DNA from: Kiritimatiellia bacterium
GTDB lineage: Bacteria > Verrucomicrobiota > Kiritimatiellia > RZYC01
DNA: 64,000 nucleotides
Direction of reading: 5' to 3'
NCBI GenBank assembly: GCA_028708815.1
Contig: JAQVYB010000004.1
Span: 660-64,659, forward strand
Position 1 is the stretch's first letter. Every line of letters begins with the position of its first letter. Below the pieces are notes generated by a model. That model worked only from the letters and a program-made list of their open reading frames with translations. It had not been told where the DNA came from and searched no databases. Positions 1 through 9,311 of this stretch are shown here, one piece after another. A program made the position numbers and the translations under genes.

Positions 1-2
1 CC

Positions 3-488
3 GTGCACATGATTGAAACCATCAACAAACTCATGCGCATTCAGAAGCAACTCGTGCAGGAACTCGGACGCGAACCCACCCCGGAAGAAGTCTCCGAGGA
101 AATGAGCCTCCCGCTCGACCGGGTGCGCGCCGTCCTTAAAATTGCCCAGCAACCCATCTCCCTGCAAAGCCCCGTAGGCGACAGCGACGACACCCACTTC
201 GGCGATTTCATCGAAGATAAATCCGCCGAAAATCCCGCCGAAATGACCGCCTACAGCCTGCTTAAAGACCGCATCGGCGAGGTGCTCACCACCCTGACCG
301 AACGCGAGCAGGAAGTGCTGAACCTACGCTTCGGACTGGCCGATGGCTACTCGCGCACCCTCGAAGAGGTCGGGCGAAAATTCAACGTCACCCGCGAGCG
401 CATTCGGCAGATCGAAGCCAAGGCCCTCCGGAAAATGCGCCACCCCACCCGCATCCGCAAACTCGAAGGCTTCCTCGAAAACGAGTAA
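3..488 (+). CDS. RNA polymerase sigma factor, sigma-70 family (RpoD-like), C-terminal part (regions 3-4); 5' end outside window
   Basis: Translation carries sigma-70 region 3/4 motifs ([12 protein letters not shown]..., [29 protein letters not shown]); ORF runs off the window start; followed by a hairpin terminator. Confidence 0.85.
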   Translation: MHMIETINKLMRIQKQLVQELGREPTPEEVSEEMSLPLDRVRAVLKIAQQPISLQSPVGDSDDTHFGDFIEDKSAENPAEMTAYSLLKDRIGEVLTTLTEREQEVLNLRFGLADGYSRTLEEVGRKFNVTRERIRQIEAKALRKMRHPTRIRKLEGFLENE

Positions 489-569
489 GCCTCTTTTCGC
501 CCGATGCGGTGGAAAAAGATACGCGCCCATCCGGGCGTAAGACACGACAAAGACAAGCTGGTTTTAGTC

Positions 570-599
570 ACGTGGCGCTGTTTTAGCGCCACGTTTTTT
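570..599 (+). terminator. Rho-independent terminator downstream of sigma factor gene
   Basis: Perfect 10-bp stem ACGTGGCGCT/AGCGCCACGT with 5-nt loop followed by TTTTTT. Confidence 0.6.
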
Positions 600-668
600 C
601 CCACTCCTCATCCACACGGCGAACGACCGGCGGCAAGTCATCGCTCTGCCGTTTTTTTCACGTCATCG

Positions 669-697
669 TTGACCAGACCAGGGCTTACAGGTATATT
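669..697 (+). promoter_or_regulatory. Putative sigma-70-type promoter (TTGACC-17 bp-TATATT) upstream of the C25 peptidase gene
   Basis: Hexamers at 669-674 and 692-697 with 17-bp spacer; RBS-like AGGAGGA at 727-733 before ATG 741. Confidence 0.4.
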
Positions 698-740
698 TTT
701 CACCTATAATCGGCATTCAAGCTGATCAGGAGGATGACTC

Positions 741-3700
741 ATGCGCATGATGGTATGGACGACTATATTTTCTGCTCTTCTTTCTTCGATGCTTGCAGCG
801 GAAACCATCGAAACCACCCTTCACATTCCCCCTTCCGAACTGCTCTTGTACGAGGCGCAGGGCTACACCCGGGTCGAACTCGAAGGGGCGCCCGTCCCCG
901 ATCTCACCCCGGGCGAACCGCGTCTGCCCGTCCTGGTGCGCAGTTTTCTCCTCCCGGCAGGCAGCACGCTGCTCCGCGTGGACGTGACCGCCTCCGAAGA
1001 AACCGTACAGGAAAACCTCCTCCTCCTGCCCGCTCAACCCATCACCTCGATCAATGCCGCACCGCGCCCGCTGACTCCGCCCGACCCGGCGATCTACGCC
1101 TCCACGGCTCCCTGGCCCACTCAGAACCACGGCAAACCCATCATCCAACAAATGCGCGGGCGTACCCTCGTCAGCCTGCGCCTGCATCCCCTGCGCTATC
1201 TCCCGGCACAGCGAACCCTCCTGCTCGCCCATGAAATGCACATCACCCTGCATCACACCGCCCCCGCACGGCAGGCAACTGAACCTGCTCTCTCCCCTCT
1301 CTTTGCCGGACTGATCAACTCCCTCGTGGTTAATCCCGAAGCCGTACCGCGAACACACGCCCTCGGCACCAATCAAACCCCTTACATCATCATCACCTCC
1401 ACCCAACTCGCCCCCGCATTCCAGCCGCTTGCCAATCTCCGCACCAACTCCTTCGCAGCCACCGCCGTCCTCACCCTCGGAAGCCTCCTCGCAGAAACAC
1501 CCGGCATCGATAACCCCGACCGCCTCCGCAACGCCATCCGCAACCTCGTCGCATCCAACGCCGCCGAATACATCGTCCTCGGCGGCGACGACACCATCGT
1601 GCCCGTACGCGGATGCTTTGCCATCGACGGCGATGGCGATGAGGACCCCGCCATCCCCACCGACCTCTACTACGCCGGACTCGACGGCAACTGGGATGCC
1701 AACGGCAATCACATCTACGGCGAAATCGACGACAACGTCGACATGCTCCCCGATGTCATCGTCTCCCGCATCCCCGTACGCACGTCCGCCGACACCGCCG
1801 CCTACATCCAAAAACTCGCCGCATGGGAAAACGGCGACTTCGAATCCCTCGAAAACAAACTCCTCCTCAGCGGAACCAAAGGATGGAACCTCTGGTACGG
1901 AACCGCACGCTCCTCCGACTACATGGGCGACGGCTACACCCCCTTCCGACAGCACCAACCCGTCAGCGACGTGGAAGAATGGGTACGCCGAGTCCATCAA
2001 AACATGATTCAGCCCGGCTGGTCCGCCGCAGACATCACCATCTACTTCGACACCCTCACCTCCTGGGACGCCCAACAGGCAGGCGACTACCAACAAACCG
2101 CCGACCGCTTCGCCGAAGCCTACAACCTCGGATGGGAACACTACTACTACCTCACCCACGGCGACAACACCGGCTTCGCCATCGAAATGGTGGACGGAAA
2201 CGACATGTTCACCAACGAAAACCTCGACGCCGTCACCAACATGGTCCCCTTCATCGCCACACCCGCCTGCCAAACCGCCCACTTCGACGGCACCCCCGAC
2301 CCCTGCTTCGCCGAAGCCTTCCTGCGAAAACCCCACTCCGGCGCACTCATCTACTATGCTCACGCACGAAACGGACAAGGCGACCAGCTCTCCACCTACG
2401 GCGGACCAACCCCCGAATTCATCGCCTACTATTACCAGCGCCTCTTCAACGGCGTCAGCACCACCTTCGGCGAAGCATGCGCCGCCGGAAAAGCCGACCT
2501 CATCGCCCTGTGCAATTCCAACGGCGCCTGGCGATGGACCCAGTTCGGACTGAACCTCCTCGGTGACCCCGCCATACAAATCCGCCAAAGCCCCATCCCG
2601 CACCCCCCCATTCTCGAAAGCGCCGTCTCCACCAACACCCCCGCTCTCGCCATCCTTCTCGAATGGTCCGACGCCTCCACCAACGAAACCGGATTCGAAA
2701 TTCAGCGCCGAATCCCGCCGAACGACTGGTCCTCCCTGACCTCCACCGCCGCAGGCGTCACCCAATATCTGGACACCTCCGTCCTCTCCAACACCTTCCA
2801 TTTCTACCGCCTTCGCGCCGTAAACAACGAAGGTGCCTCCCTCTTCTCGAACGAAGGCGGACTCCTCGCCGGCATCATCGCCCCCGATTCCTGGGATCCC
2901 GCCGACAACACCCCCGCCGGCGCCACCATACTGACCAACCTCACCGAAACCGACCAGGCGCACGGACCGCATACCCTCTCCATCAACGACACCAACGACT
3001 GGTTTGCCTTCGAGGTCGAAGCCGGCATGGCCTACTGGTTCTCCACCTATGCCGAGGAAAACGCAGGCGGACTCTACGCCCGCGTCTACGACACCAACGC
3101 AACACTCATCGCCGAGGATGGCGATCCAAACGGTCTCGGACACTTCGCCTTCTTCCTCACCCCGGAAGAGGACTCCACCTATCTCCTCCAAATCGAACCC
3201 AACAACGATCGCGACTCCGCCTTCTACAACCTCTATTCCCGAGCCGCCGTCAACACCAGCAGCTCCGAGGCCCTCGGCGAAGCCCTCGACGCCCCCGACC
3301 TGCCATGGCTCACCAGCACACAAACCGGCGACCCCTGGTACGCCCAGACCAATGTCACACACGGCACTCCCTCCGCCGTCCGCTCCGCACAGGTCTACTA
3401 CAACGAAACATCCTGGATACAGACCATCGTCCCCGAAAACGCAAACCTCCACTTCTGGTTCAAAACCGATACCCTCGAAAATCACGATTACATGACCATA
3501 TACGTCGCCGGCATGAACATCGCCACCTACTCCGGACAAAACGACTGGACCCTCTTCTCCACCTACGCCGAAGCCGGCTCGACCGTGCGCGTGGAATACG
3601 CCCGCTCTTCCGCCGGAAGCTCCGGCGAAAATGCCGTATGGCTCGACCAGTTCTCTCTTTCCAAACCCGAACAGCTCGCCATGAATACGCCCTTCGAAGG

Positions 3701-4787
3701 TTATCTCGCCGATGGGGCCTCCCTGTTCCTCACCACAACCATCACCGTCCCCGGAAAAGCCCAGATCCTCTTTTCCAAATCCTTCACCGGCCTCACCCCC
3801 TCCCTCTTCGACGCCGAAGATCAACCGATCGAATTCACCATGACCCCCTTCGGCATCGAATGGGACTGCCGGCAGCCCACCACCTGCGGCATTCTGCTCA
3901 AAGCCGTAGAAGGAAACGGCGACTTCAGCCTCTTTCTGCGCCAACGCCACGAACCCATCAATGACTACGACGGAGATTCCGTCACGGACCTCGCCCTCTA
4001 CTATGCCGAACAGGGTCTCTGGTGCATCGGAGGGTCCGCGGGCGAAACGGAAACCATCAGCTGGGGCTGCAATGCCGCCATCCCCGCCGCAGGCGATTAC
4101 AATGCCGACGGAGAGGCCGACATCGCCGTCTACTTCCCTGAAACCGGCGCCTGGGTGACGCTCCTCGACCAGGCCGCACGCACCATCAACTGGGGATGGA
4201 ACGAAGCCATCCCCGTCCAAGCGGACTACCATGGCGACGGCATCACCGATCCCGCCGTCTACCACCCCGAAACCGGCACCTGGTACATCCATGCCGCCAA
4301 ACAACAAAATCAGCGAACCCAGGCCTGGGGATGGAGCGAAGCAATCCCCGTCCCCGGCGATTTTGACGGCGACGGACGGGCCGACTTCTGCGTCTACTGG
4401 CCCGCGAAGGGGCACTGGTACATTCTGTATGCCTCCGGCCGGTCCACCCTCAACGTCATGGGTTGGACCGAGACCATCCCGATGGCAGCCGATGTGGATG
4501 GCGACTTCGCCGACGACCTCCTTCTCTACTGGCCCAAAGGCGGCATGTGGTACATCCTTCCCAGCAGTACCGGCGTGCTCTCCACCCGTTTCTTCGGATG
4601 GTCCGAGGCCCTTCCCGTACCTGGACGATACTTCAGCAACCAGCCCGACAAACTGGCCCTCTACTGGCCTGCCGGAGGCGCCTGGTACCTTCGCAACACC
4701 GCACAGGGAAGCACGGAAACCCGCCTCTTCGGATGGCCCCAGGCCTTCCCCGTCTATCCACAGCACTGGATTCAACAAAAATACTGA
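741..4787 (+). CDS. Secreted multidomain peptidase C25 (gingipain-like) with propeptide, FN3-like and pre-peptidase C-terminal-like domains plus C-terminal Trp-rich DxDGDG repeats
   Basis: Signal peptide MRMMVWTTIFSALLSSMLAAE; C25-family catalytic-domain motifs (YIIITS, VLGGDDTIVPVRG, LYYAGLDGNWDANGN, VIVSRIPVRT, THGDNTGF, ATPACQTAHFDG); FN3-like segment (LEWSDASTNETGFEIQRR...YRLRAVNNEG); C-terminal ~40-aa repeats (GDFDGDGRADFCVYWPAKGHWYI, ADYHGDGITDPAVYHPETGTWYI). Confidence 0.75.
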   Translation: MRMMVWTTIFSALLSSMLAAETIETTLHIPPSELLLYEAQGYTRVELEGAPVPDLTPGEPRLPVLVRSFLLPAGSTLLRVDVTASEETVQENLLLLPAQPITSINAAPRPLTPPDPAIYASTAPWPTQNHGKPIIQQMRGRTLVSLRLHPLRYLPAQRTLLLAHEMHITLHHTAPARQATEPALSPLFAGLINSLVVNPEAVPRTHALGTNQTPYIIITSTQLAPAFQPLANLRTNSFAATAVLTLGSLLAETPGIDNPDRLRNAIRNLVASNAAEYIVLGGDDTIVPVRGCFAIDGDGDEDPAIPTDLYYAGLDGNWDANGNHIYGEIDDNVDMLPDVIVSRIPVRTSADTAAYIQKLAAWENGDFESLENKLLLSGTKGWNLWYGTARSSDYMGDGYTPFRQHQPVSDVEEWVRRVHQNMIQPGWSAADITIYFDTLTSWDAQQAGDYQQTADRFAEAYNLGWEHYYYLTHGDNTGFAIEMVDGNDMFTNENLDAVTNMVPFIATPACQTAHFDGTPDPCFAEAFLRKPHSGALIYYAHARNGQGDQLSTYGGPTPEFIAYYYQRLFNGVSTTFGEACAAGKADLIALCNSNGAWRWTQFGLNLLGDPAIQIRQSPIPHPPILESAVSTNTPALAILLEWSDASTNETGFEIQRRIPPNDWSSLTSTAAGVTQYLDTSVLSNTFHFYRLRAVNNEGASLFSNEGGLLAGIIAPDSWDPADNTPAGATILTNLTETDQAHGPHTLSINDTNDWFAFEVEAGMAYWFSTYAEENAGGLYARVYDTNATLIAEDGDPNGLGHFAFFLTPEEDSTYLLQIEPNNDRDSAFYNLYSRAAVNTSSSEALGEALDAPDLPWLTSTQTGDPWYAQTNVTHGTPSAVRSAQVYYNETSWIQTIVPENANLHFWFKTDTLENHDYMTIYVAGMNIATYSGQNDWTLFSTYAEAGSTVRVEYARSSAGSSGENAVWLDQFSLSKPEQLAMNTPFEGYLADGASLFLTTTITVPGKAQILFSKSFTGLTPSLFDAEDQPIEFTMTPFGIEWDCRQPTTCGILLKAVEGNGDFSLFLRQRHEPINDYDGDSVTDLALYYAEQGLWCIGGSAGETETISWGCNAAIPAAGDYNADGEADIAVYFPETGAWVTLLDQAARTINWGWNEAIPVQADYHGDGITDPAVYHPETGTWYIHAAKQQNQRTQAWGWSEAIPVPGDFDGDGRADFCVYWPAKGHWYILYASGRSTLNVMGWTETIPMAADVDGDFADDLLLYWPKGGMWYILPSSTGVLSTRFFGWSEALPVPGRYFSNQPDKLALYWPAGGAWYLRNTAQGSTETRLFGWPQAFPVYPQHWIQQKY

Positions 4788-4854
4788 CCCACCCCTCATT
4801 CAGGCAAACCGCAACAGCCAACCGCTTACCGAGTGGATAGAAAACAGACGCCAC

Positions 4855-4882
4855 ACGATAAAAAACAACCGGGCTTCCGGTT
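4855..4882 (-). terminator. Hairpin (AACCGG-GCTT-CCGGTT) flanked by A/T runs; likely terminator for the minus-strand 550-aa gene, possibly bidirectional
   Basis: On the minus strand the stem is followed by GTTTTTT; lies between convergent genes. Confidence 0.5.
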
Positions 4883-4927
4883 TGATTGAGCAGCAGGTTG
4901 ACGCGCTTTGCCCCGCCGGGCTGCCTG

Positions 4928-6580
4928 TTACGGATCGAAGGCTTTCAACGCCTTTTTCAGCTTTTGCGCCTGATCCGAAAAGGCGGAAAGATACTCGTTG
5001 GAGGAATCGGCCCGGGTGATGGGAATGGTCCATGCGCCGGAAGAGGCGCCGGGCCACGTCGTGGGCATCACGTAGGCTTTTTCATTGGAAATCATCAAGC
5101 CGATGAACAGGCCTGTCTCGGAGAGCAGGTAATCGCCCTGCCGAAGTTCTCGACGGCTGAAAAACCCCTTGGCCTGCGCCGGCTTGACGGTAAGAAAGCG
5201 CTCATCCAACGTGGGCGTCAGATGAACCCGCACGCTGGCATCGGGATTAACGGGGCTGAACGCCAACGCCTCCTGAATCCGTTCCTGTTTGAGACGACTG
5301 ATTCCGCAGATCGTCAGACCGGGCGCCAAAAGGTTGGTCGCGTCAACCGGCAGGTAACACACGCTGGGCGCCTGCGAATCCGAAAGAAGGGGCGCCGTCA
5401 ACCGCGTTCGGGCGGCATTGGTGGTTGGACTGAAGAGCGTATAGGCCACCTCATTGATGCTGTCACCATACTGCACATGCCACCAGGAAAGTCCGAGCGC
5501 ATCAAAATCCGCCGCCAAACAGGCCTGCGTTCCCACCTGAATCACTGGAACATAAATCTCCTCCTGATACAGCGCCCGCTCCCCCGAATGCCGATGGCGC
5601 GACGATATGGAAATGGAACAACCAACCAAAGCCTGATCGCGCTGAACCCAGACGGATTGATTCTTTTCCGACTCCAGCTCATCGAGGCGCTCTTTCAGTT
5701 CTTCGCGCTGTTCCTCCACCTGCTGAAGTTTGATCTGCGTCTCCTGCTCGGAAAGCTTGGTGCTGACAATCCGCTCACGCAGCGCGGAAATATAGTGTTG
5801 CGACGATTCAACCCGCGCCTGCGCATCCTGGGCCTGCGACTCCGCCAAACGCGCCTGCACCAGCAATTCCTCCGCCTTTTTCCGCTCGGCTTCAATCTGC
5901 TCCAGGGCCGCCTTCTCGCGCGCGCTCAACTCATCTTTTGCTTCAAGCAGACGGTGGAGTTCCGCCTGCGTCACATCCCGATCATGTCGCGCATCCTGGA
6001 GCAGCTTGCTCGTCTGTACGCTTTGATCCAGCAGCGTGGTCGACTCCTCCTGCATGGCGGCTATTCGTTTCTTCACCTCCTGCTCGCGCTCGCGGGAGGT
6101 GGCGGCCTGACGCTCCGCCTCGGCGGCGGCCTTCTCCGCCTGACGCACCAGACGTTCCGCATCCTTCCGCTGCGCCTCGGCCTGCTTGCGGGCCTCCTCG
6201 GCGTATTTTTTCTGCTCCTCGGCCACACGCGCCTGCACCTCGGCTTCGCGCGCCCTTTGATCGGCCTCCTGCATCTTCCTGTAGGCCTCCGCCTCACGGC
6301 GGGCGAGTTCCCCGGCCTGCTGCGCGGCGGTATCGTTCAGCTCTTTGTGCAGTCCGATCAGGCCATCGGCCTCTTTCGCCTGCCTCTCCGCCTGTTCCGC
6401 GCGCCTCTTCAGCTCCTCGATCCGTTGCTGAAATTCCTTTTCGCGCTCCATGCCTTTCTGGATGATGCTGTTCCACTGGTAAACCGGAAGCAGAAACGAG
6501 GCGGAACCCCGCCCCACGTTCAGCGAAAGGGCTGAAAGCACCATCACATCAATCATCACAATCAGTATGGAACGTTTCAT
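4928..6580 (-). CDS. ExbD/TolR/MotB-like membrane protein with ~300-aa coiled coil and an uncharacterised C-terminal globular domain
   Basis: N-terminal single TM helix with an Asp (SILIVMIDVMVLSALSL) resembling the ExbD/TolR IDVM helix; long E/A/Q/R/K-rich heptad region; ~230-aa C-terminal domain of unknown type; directly downstream of the MotA/ExbB-like gene. Confidence 0.6.
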   Translation of the reverse strand: MKRSILIVMIDVMVLSALSLNVGRGSASFLLPVYQWNSIIQKGMEREKEFQQRIEELKRRAEQAERQAKEADGLIGLHKELNDTAAQQAGELARREAEAYRKMQEADQRAREAEVQARVAEEQKKYAEEARKQAEAQRKDAERLVRQAEKAAAEAERQAATSREREQEVKKRIAAMQEESTTLLDQSVQTSKLLQDARHDRDVTQAELHRLLEAKDELSAREKAALEQIEAERKKAEELLVQARLAESQAQDAQARVESSQHYISALRERIVSTKLSEQETQIKLQQVEEQREELKERLDELESEKNQSVWVQRDQALVGCSISISSRHRHSGERALYQEEIYVPVIQVGTQACLAADFDALGLSWWHVQYGDSINEVAYTLFSPTTNAARTRLTAPLLSDSQAPSVCYLPVDATNLLAPGLTICGISRLKQERIQEALAFSPVNPDASVRVHLTPTLDERFLTVKPAQAKGFFSRRELRQGDYLLSETGLFIGLMISNEKAYVMPTTWPGASSGAWTIPITRADSSNEYLSAFSDQAQKLKKALKAFDP

Positions 6581-6601
6581 ACAGCACCCGGGGATGGACG
6601 T

Positions 6602-7120
6602 TTACGATAACTCAAGCGCCGTGCGGCCCGCATCTTCCTGAATCAGACGCTGACGATACGGCGTCAGATATACCAGACGCAACGTGACCGAAACAATTAT
6701 GCCGAAACCCGTCGAAACATAGGCAAACATCAGCCCCGCATCCGGAAATACCGTAATCAGAATAAACGACAGCACGGTGCCCAGCAGCCCGAAATACAGC
6801 GGCAAATCGAAATACACCTCGCAATTCTCCAACTGCCGGATTTTCTCGCCGGCAGCCCCCGCCATGCCCTTGATGGCCTTCAACCGGCGGCAGGCCGCCG
6901 CCCAGGCGGACAGCTGCATCACCACCGAGGCCGCAATCACCCCCCACGAAAGATACCCACCAATCGTTTCCGCATTCTGCCGAAGCTGACCCAGGGTGGT
7001 CGCATCAATCGCGGGAACCGCCTCCCCTTCCGCCGAGGGACCCGACGCCGTATGCTTCAGCAGAGCCAACCCGACAATAAACACCAACAGAATCGTAATC
7101 AAAACCATAGCCGTTTTCAT
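6602..7120 (-). CDS. MotA/TolQ/ExbB-family proton-channel protein (short, ~172 aa)
   Basis: 3-4 predicted TM helices; LYFGLLGTVLSF motif typical of MotA/TolQ/ExbB; ATG at 7120 preceded by AGGAGAGG RBS (the ORF-track start at 7189 lacks one). Confidence 0.65.
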   Translation of the reverse strand: MKTAMVLITILLVFIVGLALLKHTASGPSAEGEAVPAIDATTLGQLRQNAETIGGYLSWGVIAASVVMQLSAWAAACRRLKAIKGMAGAAGEKIRQLENCEVYFDLPLYFGLLGTVLSFILITVFPDAGLMFAYVSTGFGIIVSVTLRLVYLTPYRQRLIQEDAGRTALELS

Positions 7121-7369
7121 AAATGCTCCTCTCCTGCAAAAAAAGAGTTCAATAACGCATAGGCGGAAAGAGTAGAGTCTGGACGGCAAAGGTCAATACC
7201 GCTGTGCAAGTTTCGGACCCGCTCAACAAGCTGCGGCAGGGCGAACCGTCACGGTGAGCCGCATTTGCGCTACAGCGGAACCATAGGGACAACCCACGTC
7301 CACGGCTCAGCCGGAGGCTTCGCCCTACCTCTGCCGAAAATCCGCAACCCGGCGGGGATATGCCGACTC

Positions 7370-9112
7370 TTACATCCCCGGCACAGCCTGGACCGGCGGC
7401 GCATAGGAGGTCGGGCCATTCGTCCACTCACACAGGTCATACCAGGCCTTCGGGTAGCCCACTTCCTGCGCCATCTTGCCGGGTTCGTTCACATACCCAT
7501 CGGAATATTTTGCAATGAGCAGGCCGGCGAAACTCCACCAATCCTTCACGATCTGATCGGCCTGCGTTTCGCAATAGGTGGTCAACAGTTGTCGTGCCTT
7601 TTCGGGATTCTCTTTGTAGATTTCCGCGGCCTGTCCATCCATATGTTGAATGCCGTCCACCAGCGCCGTTTCGAATTCGCTCTGTTTCTGCTGAATATCT
7701 TCGATGATATAGCAGAACTTGAGACCGGCCCAGTTGGCCACAAAGTTGAACACCCACCAGGCGCTGTCGAGATCGAACCGCTCGGTATCGCAGGTATAAT
7801 ACGCCTTGGAAATGTTCGTCACGCCTGCGTAGAATGGAACGTAACAGGTACTGAGCGGCTCGTTGGGCCCAAACCAGCACACGCCGCCGATCGGATCAGG
7901 CAGCCGGCTGCGCCCCTGGCACACGTAGGAATAGTCACACCGATAGATGGAAATCGTCCGTTCCCAGGCGCCTTTCAGCTTCGCATGAGGATCCCCGGTA
8001 TCGTTTCCGGCATCCATCGGCCCGGGATAACGGTATGGGCAGCCGAAGGGCCCGGCCGTCAGACCCTTGGACTGGTCAAACTCCGTGCCCTGATAGTAAT
8101 CGCGATACAGGCTCATCACGCCCCGCACATCCACCTTCTCGTCGGGCTTGACGGAAAAGGGGTACGCCTTCGTAAAACCATCCTCCACCCACGGCGAAAA
8201 GTTCGAAGAAGGCGAAAGGCGGTCCATCAGTCGCCACACCCGACGCAGAGAATAATACGGATGACTGTATTCTCCCTCACTCACCGTACGCAGCCAGTCC
8301 AGCTTGCCGTCCTCCGGCTTCCACCAACCGGCAGCCTCTGCCACGGCGTGCAGATTGGAACTGAACAGCATGTCCGGATCATCCGGGTCCACCTCGCGAA
8401 TACGAAATTCATTGGCCGCAACAAAGACCTCGCCATCAGGCACTTTTTTGGCCACCCACAGACCACCGGTTCCCTCAGGGCTCGGGGCCATTTCAATGAC
8501 CCAGCCCTCGTTCGGATCACCCACCGGAAGCGTCTCGCCGGTGCCGTAATAACCATAGGTTTCAATCAGGTGGCCGATCAACTCCACCGCTTCGCGTGCG
8601 GTGGTACAACGGTCCAGAGCCACGCGGCTGAGTTCAGCGCTGTAGAAAATCAGTTTGCCCGGGACAGGCTCGGCCTGCACCTTCGCGCCATCGGTACATT
8701 CACCAAACATAAGCTGATGCTCATTCATAATGCCGTAGCCGCCATCAAAATAGGCATAGGTATGCTCCACCTGAGGAATAAATCCAAGCGGAAGGCTCTG
8801 CGGCAGGTTCGGCTCATCATAGGCTTCACTCCGGCTTTTCCCTACGTAGCGGTGAATGCTTTCCCCATGGAAGGCCGGGCGCTCACCCACCGAATTCGCA
8901 TCGAAATACACCGGACGCAACGTGCCGGGCTCATAGTCCTTCGCCGGAACATACACCATCCGCGGATCCCCCATCTCACCATCATCCGAATGCGCCACGA
9001 AAACCGAACCATCCTTCGATGCGCCCTTCGTCACCAGCATCGTTGTACAGGCCGATGCATCCAGTGCAAAAGCCAACACGGCCAACCAAACAATGAATAA
9101 ATATCTTTTCAT
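7370..9112 (-). CDS. Peptidase C69 family dipeptidase (secreted)
   Basis: Signal peptide followed by N-terminal nucleophile Cys in ASACTTMLVTKGASKDGSVFVAHSDD, characteristic of C69 dipeptidases. Confidence 0.85.
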   Translation of the reverse strand: MKRYLFIVWLAVLAFALDASACTTMLVTKGASKDGSVFVAHSDDGEMGDPRMVYVPAKDYEPGTLRPVYFDANSVGERPAFHGESIHRYVGKSRSEAYDEPNLPQSLPLGFIPQVEHTYAYFDGGYGIMNEHQLMFGECTDGAKVQAEPVPGKLIFYSAELSRVALDRCTTAREAVELIGHLIETYGYYGTGETLPVGDPNEGWVIEMAPSPEGTGGLWVAKKVPDGEVFVAANEFRIREVDPDDPDMLFSSNLHAVAEAAGWWKPEDGKLDWLRTVSEGEYSHPYYSLRRVWRLMDRLSPSSNFSPWVEDGFTKAYPFSVKPDEKVDVRGVMSLYRDYYQGTEFDQSKGLTAGPFGCPYRYPGPMDAGNDTGDPHAKLKGAWERTISIYRCDYSYVCQGRSRLPDPIGGVCWFGPNEPLSTCYVPFYAGVTNISKAYYTCDTERFDLDSAWWVFNFVANWAGLKFCYIIEDIQQKQSEFETALVDGIQHMDGQAAEIYKENPEKARQLLTTYCETQADQIVKDWWSFAGLLIAKYSDGYVNEPGKMAQEVGYPKAWYDLCEWTNGPTSYAPPVQAVPGM

Positions 9113-9311
9113 GATACAACTCCTCCTTCAATGGTGGGACTATCCTCTGAACCTGATAAGGCCCCATCCGCTACCCCTTGCACAGCGCCGGATGCCTTGG
9201 GAAGGAAGCTACAAAAGACACGGCGGCTTGTCCATGAAAACAGCAAGATCGGAAAAGCATACCCGCAGGGGATATGGTATACCACTGCACAACAAATGGA
9301 GCAAAACGACG

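Noticed and set aside
726-4799. 1357-aa ORF on the minus strand, antisense to the C25 peptidase gene. Similar long antisense ORFs sit at 4886-6535 (+), 7265-9100 (+), 26680-29271 (+), 37299-38243 (-), 40621-41793 (-), 43872-46322 (+) and 47683-49758 (+).
   Set aside because: In high-GC DNA the antisense strand of a real gene is depleted in stop codons. These translations are low-complexity (G/A/R/P/H-rich) with no domain signatures, whereas the opposite strand gives clear family motifs (C25, C69, CHASE2-HK, FG-GAP, Na+/H+ antiporter, AsnB).
6602-7189. Longer 195-aa version of the MotA/ExbB-like ORF and the overlapping 111-aa ORF at 6612-6947.
   Set aside because: The upstream extension (MPSRLYSFRLCVIELFFCRRGAF) has no RBS and the ORF start codon at 7189 is not preceded by a ribosome-binding site. 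The ATG at 7120 is. The 111-aa ORF is an alternate frame inside the same gene.
9093-9311. N-terminal extension of the AraC regulator ORF.
   Set aside because: It overlaps the 3' end of the convergent dipeptidase gene and lacks an RBS. ATG 9312 has GGAG upstream and begins right at the conserved AraC N-terminus.
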